The translations under genes and the position numbers were made by a program. Below the pieces are notes generated by a model. It was not told the origin of the DNA and did not search any database. It saw only the letters and a list, made by a program, of their open reading frames with translations. Positions 9,694 through 18,207 of a stretch of DNA of 64,000 nt are shown one piece after another. The stretch is from positions 2,982-66,981 of the forward strand of contig DASYRH010000030.1 of NCBI GenBank assembly GCA_036004585.1, given 5' to 3'. Origin of the DNA: Nitrososphaera sp. (GTDB lineage: Archaea > Thermoproteota > Nitrososphaeria > Nitrososphaerales > Nitrososphaeraceae). The first letter of the stretch is position 1, and every line of letters begins with the position of its first letter.

Positions 9694-10359
9694 ATGCGCG
9701 ATTCAAGTCTTGGCAAACTCAACTCGCAAATCATTCGGTGCTCTCTATGCCCAAGGCTGTCGTCCTATATTAGAAAAGTCGGAGAAGAAAAAGTGAAGAG
9801 GCATGCGCAAGAAGAGTATTGGGCACGTCCGCTTCCAAGCTGGGGCGATCCCAATGCAAGATTGCTAATAGTCGGACTAGCACCCGCTGCACACGGAGGG
9901 AACAGGACGGGAAGAATGTTCACCGGCGACAGTTCCGGTGACTGGCTGATGCGAGCGATGTACATGGCCGGATTTGCGAGCATGCCAACCAGCAGCTCGA
10001 AAGATGACGGCTTGGTGTTGAATGACGCATACATTACCGCAGCTCTAAAGTGTGCCCCTCCAGAGAACAGGCCGACTACTCTAGAGCTTGGAAATTGCTC
10101 GCAATATCTCGTAGCAGAGCTGCGAGCACTGCAAAATGTGAGGGTTGTTCTAGCACTGGGCAGAATAGCCTTTGACGCATTTTGCAAGGCGGAAAATATC
10201 AAGGGAACTTTTGGTCATGGGCAGCAAATAACATTGCTCGATGGCAAGACTCTGATTGCATCTTATCATCCAAGCAGGCAAAATACAAACACTGGGAGAT
10301 TGACTTGGAATATGTGGCTCAGTGTTTTCCGGAAAGTGCGGTCGCATTTGAGCAGTTAG
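9694..10359 (+). CDS. uracil-DNA glycosylase, family 5 (UdgB-like)
   Basis: GLAPAAHGGNRTGRMFTGD motif, Fe-S cysteines and SYHPS. Confidence 0.9.
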   Translation: MRDSSLGKLNSQIIRCSLCPRLSSYIRKVGEEKVKRHAQEEYWARPLPSWGDPNARLLIVGLAPAAHGGNRTGRMFTGDSSGDWLMRAMYMAGFASMPTSSSKDDGLVLNDAYITAALKCAPPENRPTTLELGNCSQYLVAELRALQNVRVVLALGRIAFDAFCKAENIKGTFGHGQQITLLDGKTLIASYHPSRQNTNTGRLTWNMWLSVFRKVRSHLSS

Positions 10360-10550
10360 CTCGCGTCGCAGCAGGACTTGCACATGTATTCCACTTTAAT
10401 CACGTCGCCCAGATCATACATGACCTTGCAATATGCAAGGTTGTTGCAGTGGACACACTGGACCGGCCGGGGCAACGAGGTATACGTTTGCTTCCTAGTA
10501 ATTGGAGAATCAAACATCTCGATAGAACGCTGCTTGCGTGCTACTGTCAT
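10356..10550 (-). CDS. small Cys-rich zinc-binding protein
   Basis: 64 aa with CVHC...YC...CKSCC; 4-bp overlap with the UDG stop. Confidence 0.55.
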   Translation of the reverse strand: MTVARKQRSIEMFDSPITRKQTYTSLPRPVQCVHCNNLAYCKVMYDLGDVIKVEYMCKSCCDAS

Positions 10551-10624
10551 GGAATAAGTAGATTTTCAAAGTAAATAAGGGATATTATTGAATAGTTTTC
10601 GTCCTGCCACTACCCGTCGGATCT

Positions 10625-11119
10625 CTATTTCGGTGCCAATAATTCTAGTGTATAGTATCGGCCGCTCACTTCGATCTCCTGGACAAGGATTTCATAGCTT
10701 GGATCTTGTTGTGGGGTTTGTAATTCTAGATCGATTTCCTTTAGAATCGTCTGCGTTTCGCTTTTCGATATTATAACTTCGATGTATGCCGGCTGCAGTT
10801 CTGTATTTTCGGCGACGCGCAATTTGTGTGCCTTGTCCACTGCGGATAGATACTTGTATATTGCAGGGTTTGAGGTGGCAAGTGAATAGTCATCCAGACG
10901 TTGAGGTTCACTATCGCTATCGTCTTGCCGGGTGATTTTCAACAGCGAAGAATCGGAACGCGTCAAAAACGTAGGCAGATCGGAATCAAAGCCTGCCTGC
11001 TGGCCCGGATTCTGCGAGCCATAAGCAGCAGCGGCAAAGATTCCGGCGGCTGCAAGAGTAGACAATGCAATGATCCAAGTGCCGCGCCTCAAACGAATCA
11101 TAAAGAATCTGCTAGTCAT
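10625..11119 (-). CDS. hypothetical exported/membrane-anchored protein
   Basis: Basic N-terminus followed by a hydrophobic helix (WIIALSTLAAAGIFAAAA). Confidence 0.6.
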   Translation of the reverse strand: MTSRFFMIRLRRGTWIIALSTLAAAGIFAAAAYGSQNPGQQAGFDSDLPTFLTRSDSSLLKITRQDDSDSEPQRLDDYSLATSNPAIYKYLSAVDKAHKLRVAENTELQPAYIEVIISKSETQTILKEIDLELQTPQQDPSYEILVQEIEVSGRYYTLELLAPK

Positions 11120-11136
11120 ATAATTCTGTGTCAGTC

Positions 11137-11652
11137 CTACTTTCTTGAAATATCAGTTGTTAGCTGGTCTATCTTGTACCGCAGGGCTTCCTTGACCTTG
11201 CTGTTGTCCACCATGTTGAGCGGCCCCTTGCAGTTAGGGCATTTGAAGAACAACTCGACTGCCGAGTCGAATTTGACGCGCGGACAATCGTGGTTGCCGC
11301 AGTGGTAGAACTCGGTAGAGTCTTCATATTCTAGGCGCTTGTGGAGCCTGTCTAGAATTTTCTTTTTCTGGTTCTCTATAAAATTGTCAACCTGGTCTTG
11401 CTTGGCGCGCCAGCGATACACAAACCAGCCTTTCTTTTCGTCCTTTACTCGAATGCCTGTGATCAGGGCTTTTCCAAACATATCATAGAGCACCTTTCGG
11501 ACAATGTTTATCTTAAGCCCAGTTGCGCTTGCAATCTCCTCATCAGTCACGTCCTCGGTATTCAAGAGAGACTTGGCGACCTTGACATATTCTTCTCCTC
11601 CTATAAGGCCGGCAATTTTGACAAAAGAATCCTTGTACTCTACCGCGCGCAT
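11137..11652 (-). CDS. tfe: transcription factor E (TFE alpha)
   Basis: wHTH (TDEEIASATGLKINIVRKVLY), GWFVYRW and Zn ribbon FYHC...C...FKCPNC. Confidence 0.93.
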   Translation of the reverse strand: MRAVEYKDSFVKIAGLIGGEEYVKVAKSLLNTEDVTDEEIASATGLKINIVRKVLYDMFGKALITGIRVKDEKKGWFVYRWRAKQDQVDNFIENQKKKILDRLHKRLEYEDSTEFYHCGNHDCPRVKFDSAVELFFKCPNCKGPLNMVDNSKVKEALRYKIDQLTTDISRK

Positions 11653-11694
11653 GTAACGTTACTATCGTCGCGTTTTTCAAATATATAGTTGCTG

Positions 11695-12648
11695 TTAGGC
11701 CGTGCCGTAGAGCCTGTAGATCCCACCTGTCTGGTCGCTCACATAGCTCCAGACCTCAGGGTTTATCTGCAGCAGCCTGAATGTAGATCTCTGCCGCTCG
11801 TCAAGCAGCTCATGGACCATCTGCCCTATCACTATCTGGTCTGGCTTGGCAAGGGTCGTCATTTTTGCGGCAACATTGATGGTGTATCCTAGTATGTCGT
11901 AGTGGGGCCACCTGAACTGCCTTCCCTCAATTGTTTGCGTATTCCAGCCATACTGGACTACAACGTTTTCGCCGATGTCGATTCCGACTCGGACGCTCAT
12001 CTCTGGGTAATCGTATTGGTTGAGGATCGGATTGATTCCTTCCCTGATTATCCTTATCATTGACCGCGCGCAGTTGACTGCATTGATGCTGGGCAGGTAC
12101 TGGTCACCTTCTGCGACAAAGAACGCGAGGATCGCGTCGCCGACATACTTGAGCACATGGCCTCCGTATGCGGCTATGGTCAGGGACATTTCCTGAGTAA
12201 AGGCCTGAACCAGAGTGGCGAGCCTGTCAACTGGCAGCATCATCGACATCTTTGTCGAGCCGACGAGATCTATGTTGAGTATGACCAGCCTGACCTTGGA
12301 TCTTGCCAGCTTTGCAAGGATGTTGTGCGCTTCCTCAGTGGACAAGTCAAATTTGGTCCCCACCTTGAGCGCCTTCCACATCCTTTGCTGCGCCATGCTG
12401 ATTGCCTTATCCAGGTCGACCACCGCATCAAGGTAAAATGACGCAAGCGAGGACATCTCCGATTCCTGCCGGGCGGCCTTGCTTTCCTGCTCTTCCCTTG
12501 CTGCCTGTTGAATAACTTGATCGATCTCTTTTTGGTCTAAATCCATCTGAACCGCGATTATCTCGGGCGGGATACCAGAGTAATGCAGGTTGAGGATGGT
12601 CTGCCTTTGGTAATCGGTAGGACCTGGGGCTCCCCCTGCTTCAGACAT
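11695..12648 (-). CDS. class III adenylate/guanylate cyclase with N-terminal HTH-like region
   Basis: IDLVGST, LKYVGDAILAFF, RVGIDIG and DILGYTINVAAK motifs. Confidence 0.88.
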   Translation of the reverse strand: MSEAGGAPGPTDYQRQTILNLHYSGIPPEIIAVQMDLDQKEIDQVIQQAAREEQESKAARQESEMSSLASFYLDAVVDLDKAISMAQQRMWKALKVGTKFDLSTEEAHNILAKLARSKVRLVILNIDLVGSTKMSMMLPVDRLATLVQAFTQEMSLTIAAYGGHVLKYVGDAILAFFVAEGDQYLPSINAVNCARSMIRIIREGINPILNQYDYPEMSVRVGIDIGENVVVQYGWNTQTIEGRQFRWPHYDILGYTINVAAKMTTLAKPDQIVIGQMVHELLDERQRSTFRLLQINPEVWSYVSDQTGGIYRLYGTA

Positions 12649-12761
12649 GCCTTGACAGATCACTATCAGGTGACTATTTCTGCTTTAAGGTAAGCACAAC
12701 AAGTGGAGGCAGCCTGCCACTGCGGTTAATAACAAGCGCAGCCATATTAGATGTGGGAACT

Positions 12762-12944
12762 ATGGCTAGCAAGAATCAAGAAGAGGGGAAAGTGCTGCTG
12801 ACGCTTCCAAACATCAAGTACTTGGCGGAGGGTCTTGATGCTTTGTTAATGACTGACCTTGACGGCGAAAAGAGAGCAAAGGTGATCCAATTGCGAAATG
12901 ACCTGTTGTCACATATCAACAGCATCTTTACTGACTATTCGTAA
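12762..12944 (+). CDS. small hypothetical protein
   Basis: 60-aa helical ORF with protein-like composition filling the gap between two minus-strand genes. Confidence 0.45.
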   Translation: MASKNQEEGKVLLTLPNIKYLAEGLDALLMTDLDGEKRAKVIQLRNDLLSHINSIFTDYS

Positions 12945-13308
12945 TCGCCGCACGTACTTTTGTGATAACTTCGTTTATCGAGAGTGGCTCTTTCTTTATC
13001 ACGTCTTTTCTGTCAAGCGATCCCATCAGTCGCAGTTCTTGGGTTGATGGCCGAAGTAAGAACATGAAGGTGATCTGTCTATCGCATGTGTATCTGATCT
13101 CACGGTAAAGGTCGATGCCTGTCATGCCCCTCATCACAAGGTCAGTGATTACCAAGGAATAATCTGTATGTGTAGCGTAGACCAAGGCTTCCTTAGGGTC
13201 CGTAGTATGGTCCACCGTATAGCCGTCTGCTCGTAGGTACGTCTTCATCAGGCTGGCCGTGCTATACTTCTGGTCAACAAGAAGGATCGAGTCGCTCAAC
13301 TCTCTCAT
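12928..13308 (-). CDS. single-domain response regulator receiver (atypical)
   Basis: ILLVD, ITDLVMRGMTG and IKKEP; the usual conserved Thr/Ser position is replaced. Confidence 0.85.
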   Translation of the reverse strand: MRELSDSILLVDQKYSTASLMKTYLRADGYTVDHTTDPKEALVYATHTDYSLVITDLVMRGMTGIDLYREIRYTCDRQITFMFLLRPSTQELRLMGSLDRKDVIKKEPLSINEVITKVRAAITNSQ

Positions 13309-13570
13309 CCATTATTGCACGTTTTTTGTTTTAAGACTGATAGTCAATTGTTATAGATAGACGATCGGCAGCTTTTTCATACTTTGCATGTTGGAAAGGC
13401 TACAGAATCAGACACCTACAAATATGTTTTGAATTTTATTCAGCATTTTATAATGAAAAGTCAATGAATTAGTGTGGAATGCTGGCTCGCTGCGTCTCCG
13501 CTTGCAATATGGATTCTTCCTCAGGACTTCCGTCTCCTGGCGACTTGGACACAGGAAGGGCCGAATCGGC

Positions 13571-13708
13571 CTAATAGTGTACGCGTGAATTTTCGTAAAA
13601 CTCTCTGTCTTCTTCGGCCATAATGGTGCGCTTGTGACATTCCTTGCATAAAAGATACTTTGAATCCGCAGGCAGCTCTTTCTTGCACCGGCCGCAGAAT
13701 TTGAGCAT
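13571..13708 (-). CDS. small zinc-finger protein (45 aa; not in ORF track)
   Basis: Hand translation MLKFCGRCKKELPADSKYLLCKECHKRTIMAEEDREFYENSRVHY*; two CxxC motifs. Confidence 0.7.
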   Translation of the reverse strand: MLKFCGRCKKELPADSKYLLCKECHKRTIMAEEDREFYENSRVHY

Positions 13709-13766
13709 AGACTATTTTGTTCGTTGTAGAATAAAATCGTGTTGATGTAGAGAAATCTAATTAAGC

Positions 13767-15293
13767 ATGATGTCCGGATCAAAACCGGCTCTGTCAGCGT
13801 TGGCTCTACAGAATGAACTCTTTAATGCACTGTCCTATGCGACTAGCAACAGGTTTCAGATTCATCCCGACGCATTCGCAATGCTCAGAGGCCTCGACGA
13901 TGACATTCTGAGGATTGTGCAGGAAATAGTCAAGCTGAAAAAAACAGGCAAAAATTCGGTAATCATGATCGAAGATATCAAGAGCTTTCTCAATCCAGGG
14001 AGGGCCCATGAGCAAGAAGCATCTACTGAGCAAAGCTGCAATGTCATCATGGATCCAACCCCAAATGTCGCGACAGGTGAGGGTGTGGAGGGCTATGCTG
14101 CGCTATTTCACAGCAGATTTGAAAAGACAATGAAAATACTCTCCCAGCGGCCCGATAGCAAGCGAATCTCCAAGGTTGCATCAGTCAAGCAAAACTCTAG
14201 GAACGGCTCAAGGACACAATCGGAAAGAGGTGAGCGCAGCCAAAACGGTGGTTCTACTACGATCGTTGCCGGGCTATTGATGTCAAAGCGATCAAAGAAG
14301 AATGGTGTAGAACTTGCAGTCGATGACTACACCGGCACGCTGTCGGTGATGGCAACTACGGAAGATGCGAAAAAACAAGCCGCGTCTCTTGCGCTTGATC
14401 AGATGGTCATGCTAGAGCTTGAGAGTGGCAAGGGTGCTCCCGGCTTGACCGTCAAGAGCATAATAGCGCCAGACATTCCAGACCACTTACCAGGCAGGAG
14501 CAGGTCAGAATCCTACGCGGTACTGATCTCTGACTTGCACGTCGGAAGCAAATTTTTTATGCAGACCGAGTTTATGCGCTTTCTTGAATGGCTTTCTTCC
14601 ACTGAAGACGAAATTGTGTGCAAGATAAAGTTCCTTTGTTTTGGAGGCGACTTGATCGACGGGATCGGAATATTTCCAAACCAAGATAAGGAGTTGGTCG
14701 AGCTGAACGCTGTAAAGCAGATGAGCCGGGCTACAGATCTGCTTGCAATGGTCCCAAAACACATCAAGATGTTTGTGATACCGGGGAACCACGACCCTGG
14801 CAGGCGCGCCCTTCCACAACCGTCTATCCCGAGAAGAGATCTTGCGGACAAACTCTATTCGCTAGAGAACTGTGCCATGCTGGGAAATCCAGCTTTTGTA
14901 GAGCTAAACGGCGTCAAAGTTTTGATGTACCATGGGCAGAGCCTTGACGATGTCATTGCATCTACTCCAGGTTTGAGCTATTCCAAGCCGGCAGAGGCGA
15001 TGAAAGTGCTTCTAAAAGCGCGGCACTTGTCTCCAACCTATGGGGAGCGCACGCCCATCGCGCCAGAGCAGGAAGATATGATGGTGATTTCTGAGGTCCC
15101 TGACATTCTTCATTCTGGCCATGTTCATGTAGTCGACATCCAAAATTACCGGGGCACGCTTATTGTTAATTCAGGCGCTTGGCAGGCGCAAACGAAATTC
15201 CAGCAGACAATGGGTGTTACTCCGACGCCAGGCATCGCCGTCGTCGTTAACCTGGCGACTCTCCAGCCATTCCTTCAGGATTTCAATCAATGA
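13767..15293 (+). CDS. polB: DNA polymerase D small subunit DP1 (proofreading exonuclease)
   Basis: OB fold plus calcineurin-like phosphoesterase motifs ISDLHVGS, GGDLIDG, PGNHD, YHG and HSGHVH. Confidence 0.95.
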   Translation: MMSGSKPALSALALQNELFNALSYATSNRFQIHPDAFAMLRGLDDDILRIVQEIVKLKKTGKNSVIMIEDIKSFLNPGRAHEQEASTEQSCNVIMDPTPNVATGEGVEGYAALFHSRFEKTMKILSQRPDSKRISKVASVKQNSRNGSRTQSERGERSQNGGSTTIVAGLLMSKRSKKNGVELAVDDYTGTLSVMATTEDAKKQAASLALDQMVMLELESGKGAPGLTVKSIIAPDIPDHLPGRSRSESYAVLISDLHVGSKFFMQTEFMRFLEWLSSTEDEIVCKIKFLCFGGDLIDGIGIFPNQDKELVELNAVKQMSRATDLLAMVPKHIKMFVIPGNHDPGRRALPQPSIPRRDLADKLYSLENCAMLGNPAFVELNGVKVLMYHGQSLDDVIASTPGLSYSKPAEAMKVLLKARHLSPTYGERTPIAPEQEDMMVISEVPDILHSGHVHVVDIQNYRGTLIVNSGAWQAQTKFQQTMGVTPTPGIAVVVNLATLQPFLQDFNQ

Positions 15294-16500
15294 GTGTAGA
15301 GAATGTGGGATCTTCCTTGAGGGCCTCTCTCAAAGTTGTGAGTGGGATCTTTATTCTGATTTTCTGTGATCTTCCGTAGCGCCCTTGGTTCACCACGTCG
15401 GTTGTGACCAGGCCCAGCAGGTCTAGTTTGCTTATCATCTGGGTGACTCGGCGCTGTGTAAGCGGATCTTGTTCGGCCTGCTTGCAAAATGAAGAATATG
15501 CGTTGTAGACGTCTCCGGTAAAGCCGTCCTTTGATTTTGCAATCGCAATTATTACCAGCTTCATGTGCGCTGGTGCGTTTTTCAAAAGCACATAGGGCGC
15601 ATCTCGTTCTATTTTTTCCTGCGCTGCTCTTACATGTTTTTCATCAACTTTCGGCGCGCTTTCTCTTTCAGCAATCTCTGCTCCGACTCTCAGCAGGTCT
15701 ATTGCTTTTCTTGCGTCGCCATGTTCCCTTCCAGCCATCGCAGAACACAGATTGATAGCAGCCTCGGTGATGGCCCCGTCGGTGAAAGCGATTCTGGATC
15801 TTTCATGCAGTATCTGGCGCAGTTGCTCTATAGTATATGGGTTGAAAACCATTTCCTCCTCGCTAAGGCTGCTGCGAACCCGCGGGTCCAGCTTGTCTTT
15901 GAAGTCTAGGCTGTTTGATATTCCGATAAGTGAGATGAATCCTCCCTTGGCCATCTGCTGGTTTGCTCTTGTGAAACTATAGAGAACGTCGTCGCCGCTC
16001 TTGTCCACCAACGAATCTATTTCGTCGATGACGAGGATAAGGCCAAGTTTTTTCTTTTGAATATATTGTAGAATTCTGCTCATTGCTTCGCCGATTGAAA
16101 GACCGGTGAATGGCACTTGCTTTGTATTGTCTTGTTCTTGGTTTAGTCCAAGTTCCTCAGCGATCTCAAAAAGCACTTTGTACGCAGTGCTTGCACCCTT
16201 TGCATTGACATTAACTGCTTGAACTCCGGATTTCATTTCCTTGGCTTTCTTTGCAAGCCTTTCTACAACTTTCCTTACTACGGCAGTTTTGCCAGTCCCA
16301 GGTTCGCCAAATAGTAACAGGTTTGACGGCCTTGAACTCCTAAACACCGTCGACAGTACTTGGGCAACGGCGTTTTCTTCCTGCTCTCTGAAAGGCAATC
16401 TTTCTGGGACATAATCTATTGTTAAGGCCTGCCGGTTTCTGATGAGCGACTTCCCACTTGCGGCGTTGTTGAAAATGTTGTCGATATCAGAAGAGCTCAA
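15283..16500 (-). CDS. cdc6: Orc1/Cdc6 replication initiator
   Basis: Walker A GEPGTGKT, Walker B IDEID, GDARKAIDLLR and C-terminal wH (GRYGRS). Confidence 0.96.
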   Translation of the reverse strand: MSSSDIDNIFNNAASGKSLIRNRQALTIDYVPERLPFREQEENAVAQVLSTVFRSSRPSNLLLFGEPGTGKTAVVRKVVERLAKKAKEMKSGVQAVNVNAKGASTAYKVLFEIAEELGLNQEQDNTKQVPFTGLSIGEAMSRILQYIQKKKLGLILVIDEIDSLVDKSGDDVLYSFTRANQQMAKGGFISLIGISNSLDFKDKLDPRVRSSLSEEEMVFNPYTIEQLRQILHERSRIAFTDGAITEAAINLCSAMAGREHGDARKAIDLLRVGAEIAERESAPKVDEKHVRAAQEKIERDAPYVLLKNAPAHMKLVIIAIAKSKDGFTGDVYNAYSSFCKQAEQDPLTQRRVTQMISKLDLLGLVTTDVVNQGRYGRSQKIRIKIPLTTLREALKEDPTFSTLID

Positions 16501-16538
16501 GTGCCATATACACCACTAGTTGTAATTTTAACCCGCCG

Positions 16539-16710
16539 CCACCCCTACCTTTCTTATCCAAGAAACAAATTTCTTAACTTTACCTTAACAGGCATGTTAA
16601 CACGTCGCTTTTAACAAGCCAAATCAATTTGTACTCATTATCATATCAAGATAATGATCTTTTGATTTTCAAGCTTAGAGACAGGTCCTGCATAGGAAAG
16701 GTAGGGGTGG
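16539..16710. repeat. perfect 15-bp inverted repeat flanking the AT-rich region
   Basis: CCACCCCTACCTTTC (16539-16553) and GAAAGGTAGGGGTGG (16696-16710); resembles the GAAAC...GGGGT half of the ORB. Confidence 0.8.
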
Positions 16711-16788
16711 GCCCGGATCCAAATAATGCAAGTCGATTGTCTACTGTTAACTATCTAGATCAATTCAATGAAAAACGGCTCAAAAATG

Positions 16789-16809
16789 ACCCCTCTGTTT
16801 CCACTGGAG
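16789..16809 (-). promoter_or_regulatory. origin recognition box (ORB) 1
   Basis: Minus strand reads CTCCAGTGGAAACAGAGGGGT, matching the archaeal ORB consensus TCCAGTGGAAAC plus G-string. Confidence 0.9.
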
Positions 16810-16850
16810 CGTTAAGGTCGATCGTTAACAGTGTTAAGACCCCGATCTAC

Positions 16851-16871
16851 ACCCCTTCGTTTCCACTGGAG
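16851..16871 (-). promoter_or_regulatory. origin recognition box (ORB) 2
   Basis: Minus strand reads CTCCAGTGGAAACGAAGGGGT; direct repeat of ORB1, 62 bp away. Confidence 0.9.
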
Positions 16872-17040
16872 CACCAAAACGGGTGTTTTTTACTAGAAAT
16901 GTGGTTAACAGGAACGGCGAGTTAACGAAAAAAGCTATCGTCTCATGCAGTGTTAACATTAGCTAAGCTGGTTGTTATCACCCTTGACAGAGCTGTTGTT
17001 AAGTGTTAAGCAGTTAACAGGTCAAGCTACCTTTACTAAA

Positions 17041-17490
17041 ATGAGCTCGGGGAAGAAAAAGTTCAAGATAGAGTTAGAGGACGCCGAGGGGAGTAAGTAT
17101 AACATGTCCCTCGAAGGCAACATATCTAAAGACAAGATCCTGAGGATAGTCGAGTTCATGGATCTCCTCAACATAGAGTCCCCGAATGGCCATACAGAGG
17201 CCATCAGACCTGTCTCTGGTTCGGTCGGCGACAGGATATGGAGCCTTGTCGACTCGAAATTCCCTTACGGCAGCTTTACTTCAAGCGATATCCTGGAGCT
17301 ATATGAGGACCAGTATAATGAGCCCATAAAACTGAGCATTGTCTCGACCTATCTCTCCAGGTATTCCGAGCGGGGACGACTGGCAAGAGTCCGCCAAGGA
17401 AAGGAATGGGTATACCATGCCTCTAGAGATTCCGCAGCTCGGATGCCACCTCAGTCTTTTCCCTCAACCTCTCCCGACCAAGGTCAGTGA
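17041..17490 (+). CDS. uncharacterised protein with C-terminal winged-helix domain, divergent from cdc6
   Basis: ATG 17041 (MSSGKKKFKIEL); wHTH-like FTSSDILELYEDQY...LSIVSTYLSRYSERGRLARVRQGKEWVY. Confidence 0.75.
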   Translation: MSSGKKKFKIELEDAEGSKYNMSLEGNISKDKILRIVEFMDLLNIESPNGHTEAIRPVSGSVGDRIWSLVDSKFPYGSFTSSDILELYEDQYNEPIKLSIVSTYLSRYSERGRLARVRQGKEWVYHASRDSAARMPPQSFPSTSPDQGQ

Positions 17491-18052
17491 GGGTATAGTG
17501 AAATGGCTTTTTTGTGCTATCTCTGGCTACAAACTGGGACTCTGTCAGCCTTTTCATCAACCTGGCAGTGTGCTCCCTGGTCCTTCCGATTGCCTGCTGG
17601 ACCTCTCTTGAAGTCCTCGGCCTTTCTGCGAGCATCTTTAGGATATAATCGGTAGTCCCGTTCTGGCCATCCTGCTTCTCTGCATCGGTTGCTGATGTGA
17701 TACGCTCTGTGACAACGGGGGGTTCTGTGATTCGCGCTACGTGATGTTGCGGCGCATGTGATGTCACATCCTGTGATATCACATTGATTCTTGGCGTTTC
17801 TGCCCTCAATTCGATGATATCCAGCTTTGTGCGGAGCTCGGCAATTGCCTTATCGTAGTCATGAAGGCGGCGAGAGTATTCCATTACAACGGCCTCTGTG
17901 ATCGACTCATCAGAGTTGTGACGCTTTCGAGTCAAACCGGCAAACCTGTGATACAACATCACACCGGCCATGCCTGCAAAAAAGGCAAGGCCCGCATACA
18001 TCACATCCTGTGATGTGATAAATGTCACAGCGCCCGATAAATCGAAGGCCAT
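17423..18052 (-). CDS. membrane-anchored coiled-coil + winged-helix protein
   Basis: TM helix VMYAGLAFFAGMAGVMLY followed by RKRH, heptad region (YSRRLHDYDKAIAELRTKLDII), and C-terminal wHTH RTSREVQQAIGRTREHTARLMKRL...PFHYTLTDLG. ATG 18052. Confidence 0.8.
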   Translation of the reverse strand: MAFDLSGAVTFITSQDVMYAGLAFFAGMAGVMLYHRFAGLTRKRHNSDESITEAVVMEYSRRLHDYDKAIAELRTKLDIIELRAETPRINVISQDVTSHAPQHHVARITEPPVVTERITSATDAEKQDGQNGTTDYILKMLAERPRTSREVQQAIGRTREHTARLMKRLTESQFVARDSTKKPFHYTLTDLGRERLREKTEVASELRNL

Positions 18053-18207
18053 ATCACGCGAGTACGTGACATTGCTGTGATATATCACTATAGCATCACA
18101 TTATTTTACAATCTGGACACTCTTTTTATCACTTGTGACATCACAGACATCACGCTTTCTGTGATGTCCGGACGCAAAATATCACGCGTTTCAGGGGCAA
18201 ATATCAC
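17697..18207. repeat. dense array of GTGAY/RTCAC half-sites embedded in coding DNA
   Basis: 28 hand-counted copies of GTGAT/GTGAC/ATCAC/GTCAC in about 510 bp (about 2 expected at uniform base composition), including TGTGATATCACA and TGTGATGTCACA. Confidence 0.8.

Larger units (their letters stand above)
16573..17018. repeat. array of GTTAAC / GTTAAG / CTTAAC hexamers in oriC
   Basis: GTTAAC at 16596, 16746, 16824, 16904, 16921, 16953, 17013; GTTAAG or CTTAAC at 16573, 16584, 16811, 16833, 16998, 17005. Confidence 0.8.
16501..17040. other. probable chromosomal replication origin (oriC)
   Basis: 540-bp non-coding gap upstream of cdc6 with two ORB boxes, an inverted G-string repeat and an AT-rich stretch (16621-16680, 15/60 GC). 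Confidence 0.85.

Noticed and set aside
13408-13782. 124-aa minus-strand ORF upstream of DP1
   Set aside because: Non-protein-like composition, overlaps the DP1 start, and a better 45-aa zinc-finger ORF (13571-13708) lies in another frame.
16972-17040. TTG start extending the wHTH ORF into the origin
   Set aside because: The extension is made of GTTAA motifs; ATG 17041 is the more plausible start.
18014-18029. Perfect CRP box TGTGA-N6-TCACA
   Set aside because: It is one pairing among 28 half-sites with variable spacing, lies inside a CDS, and no CRP homolog is in the window. Treated as part of the array.
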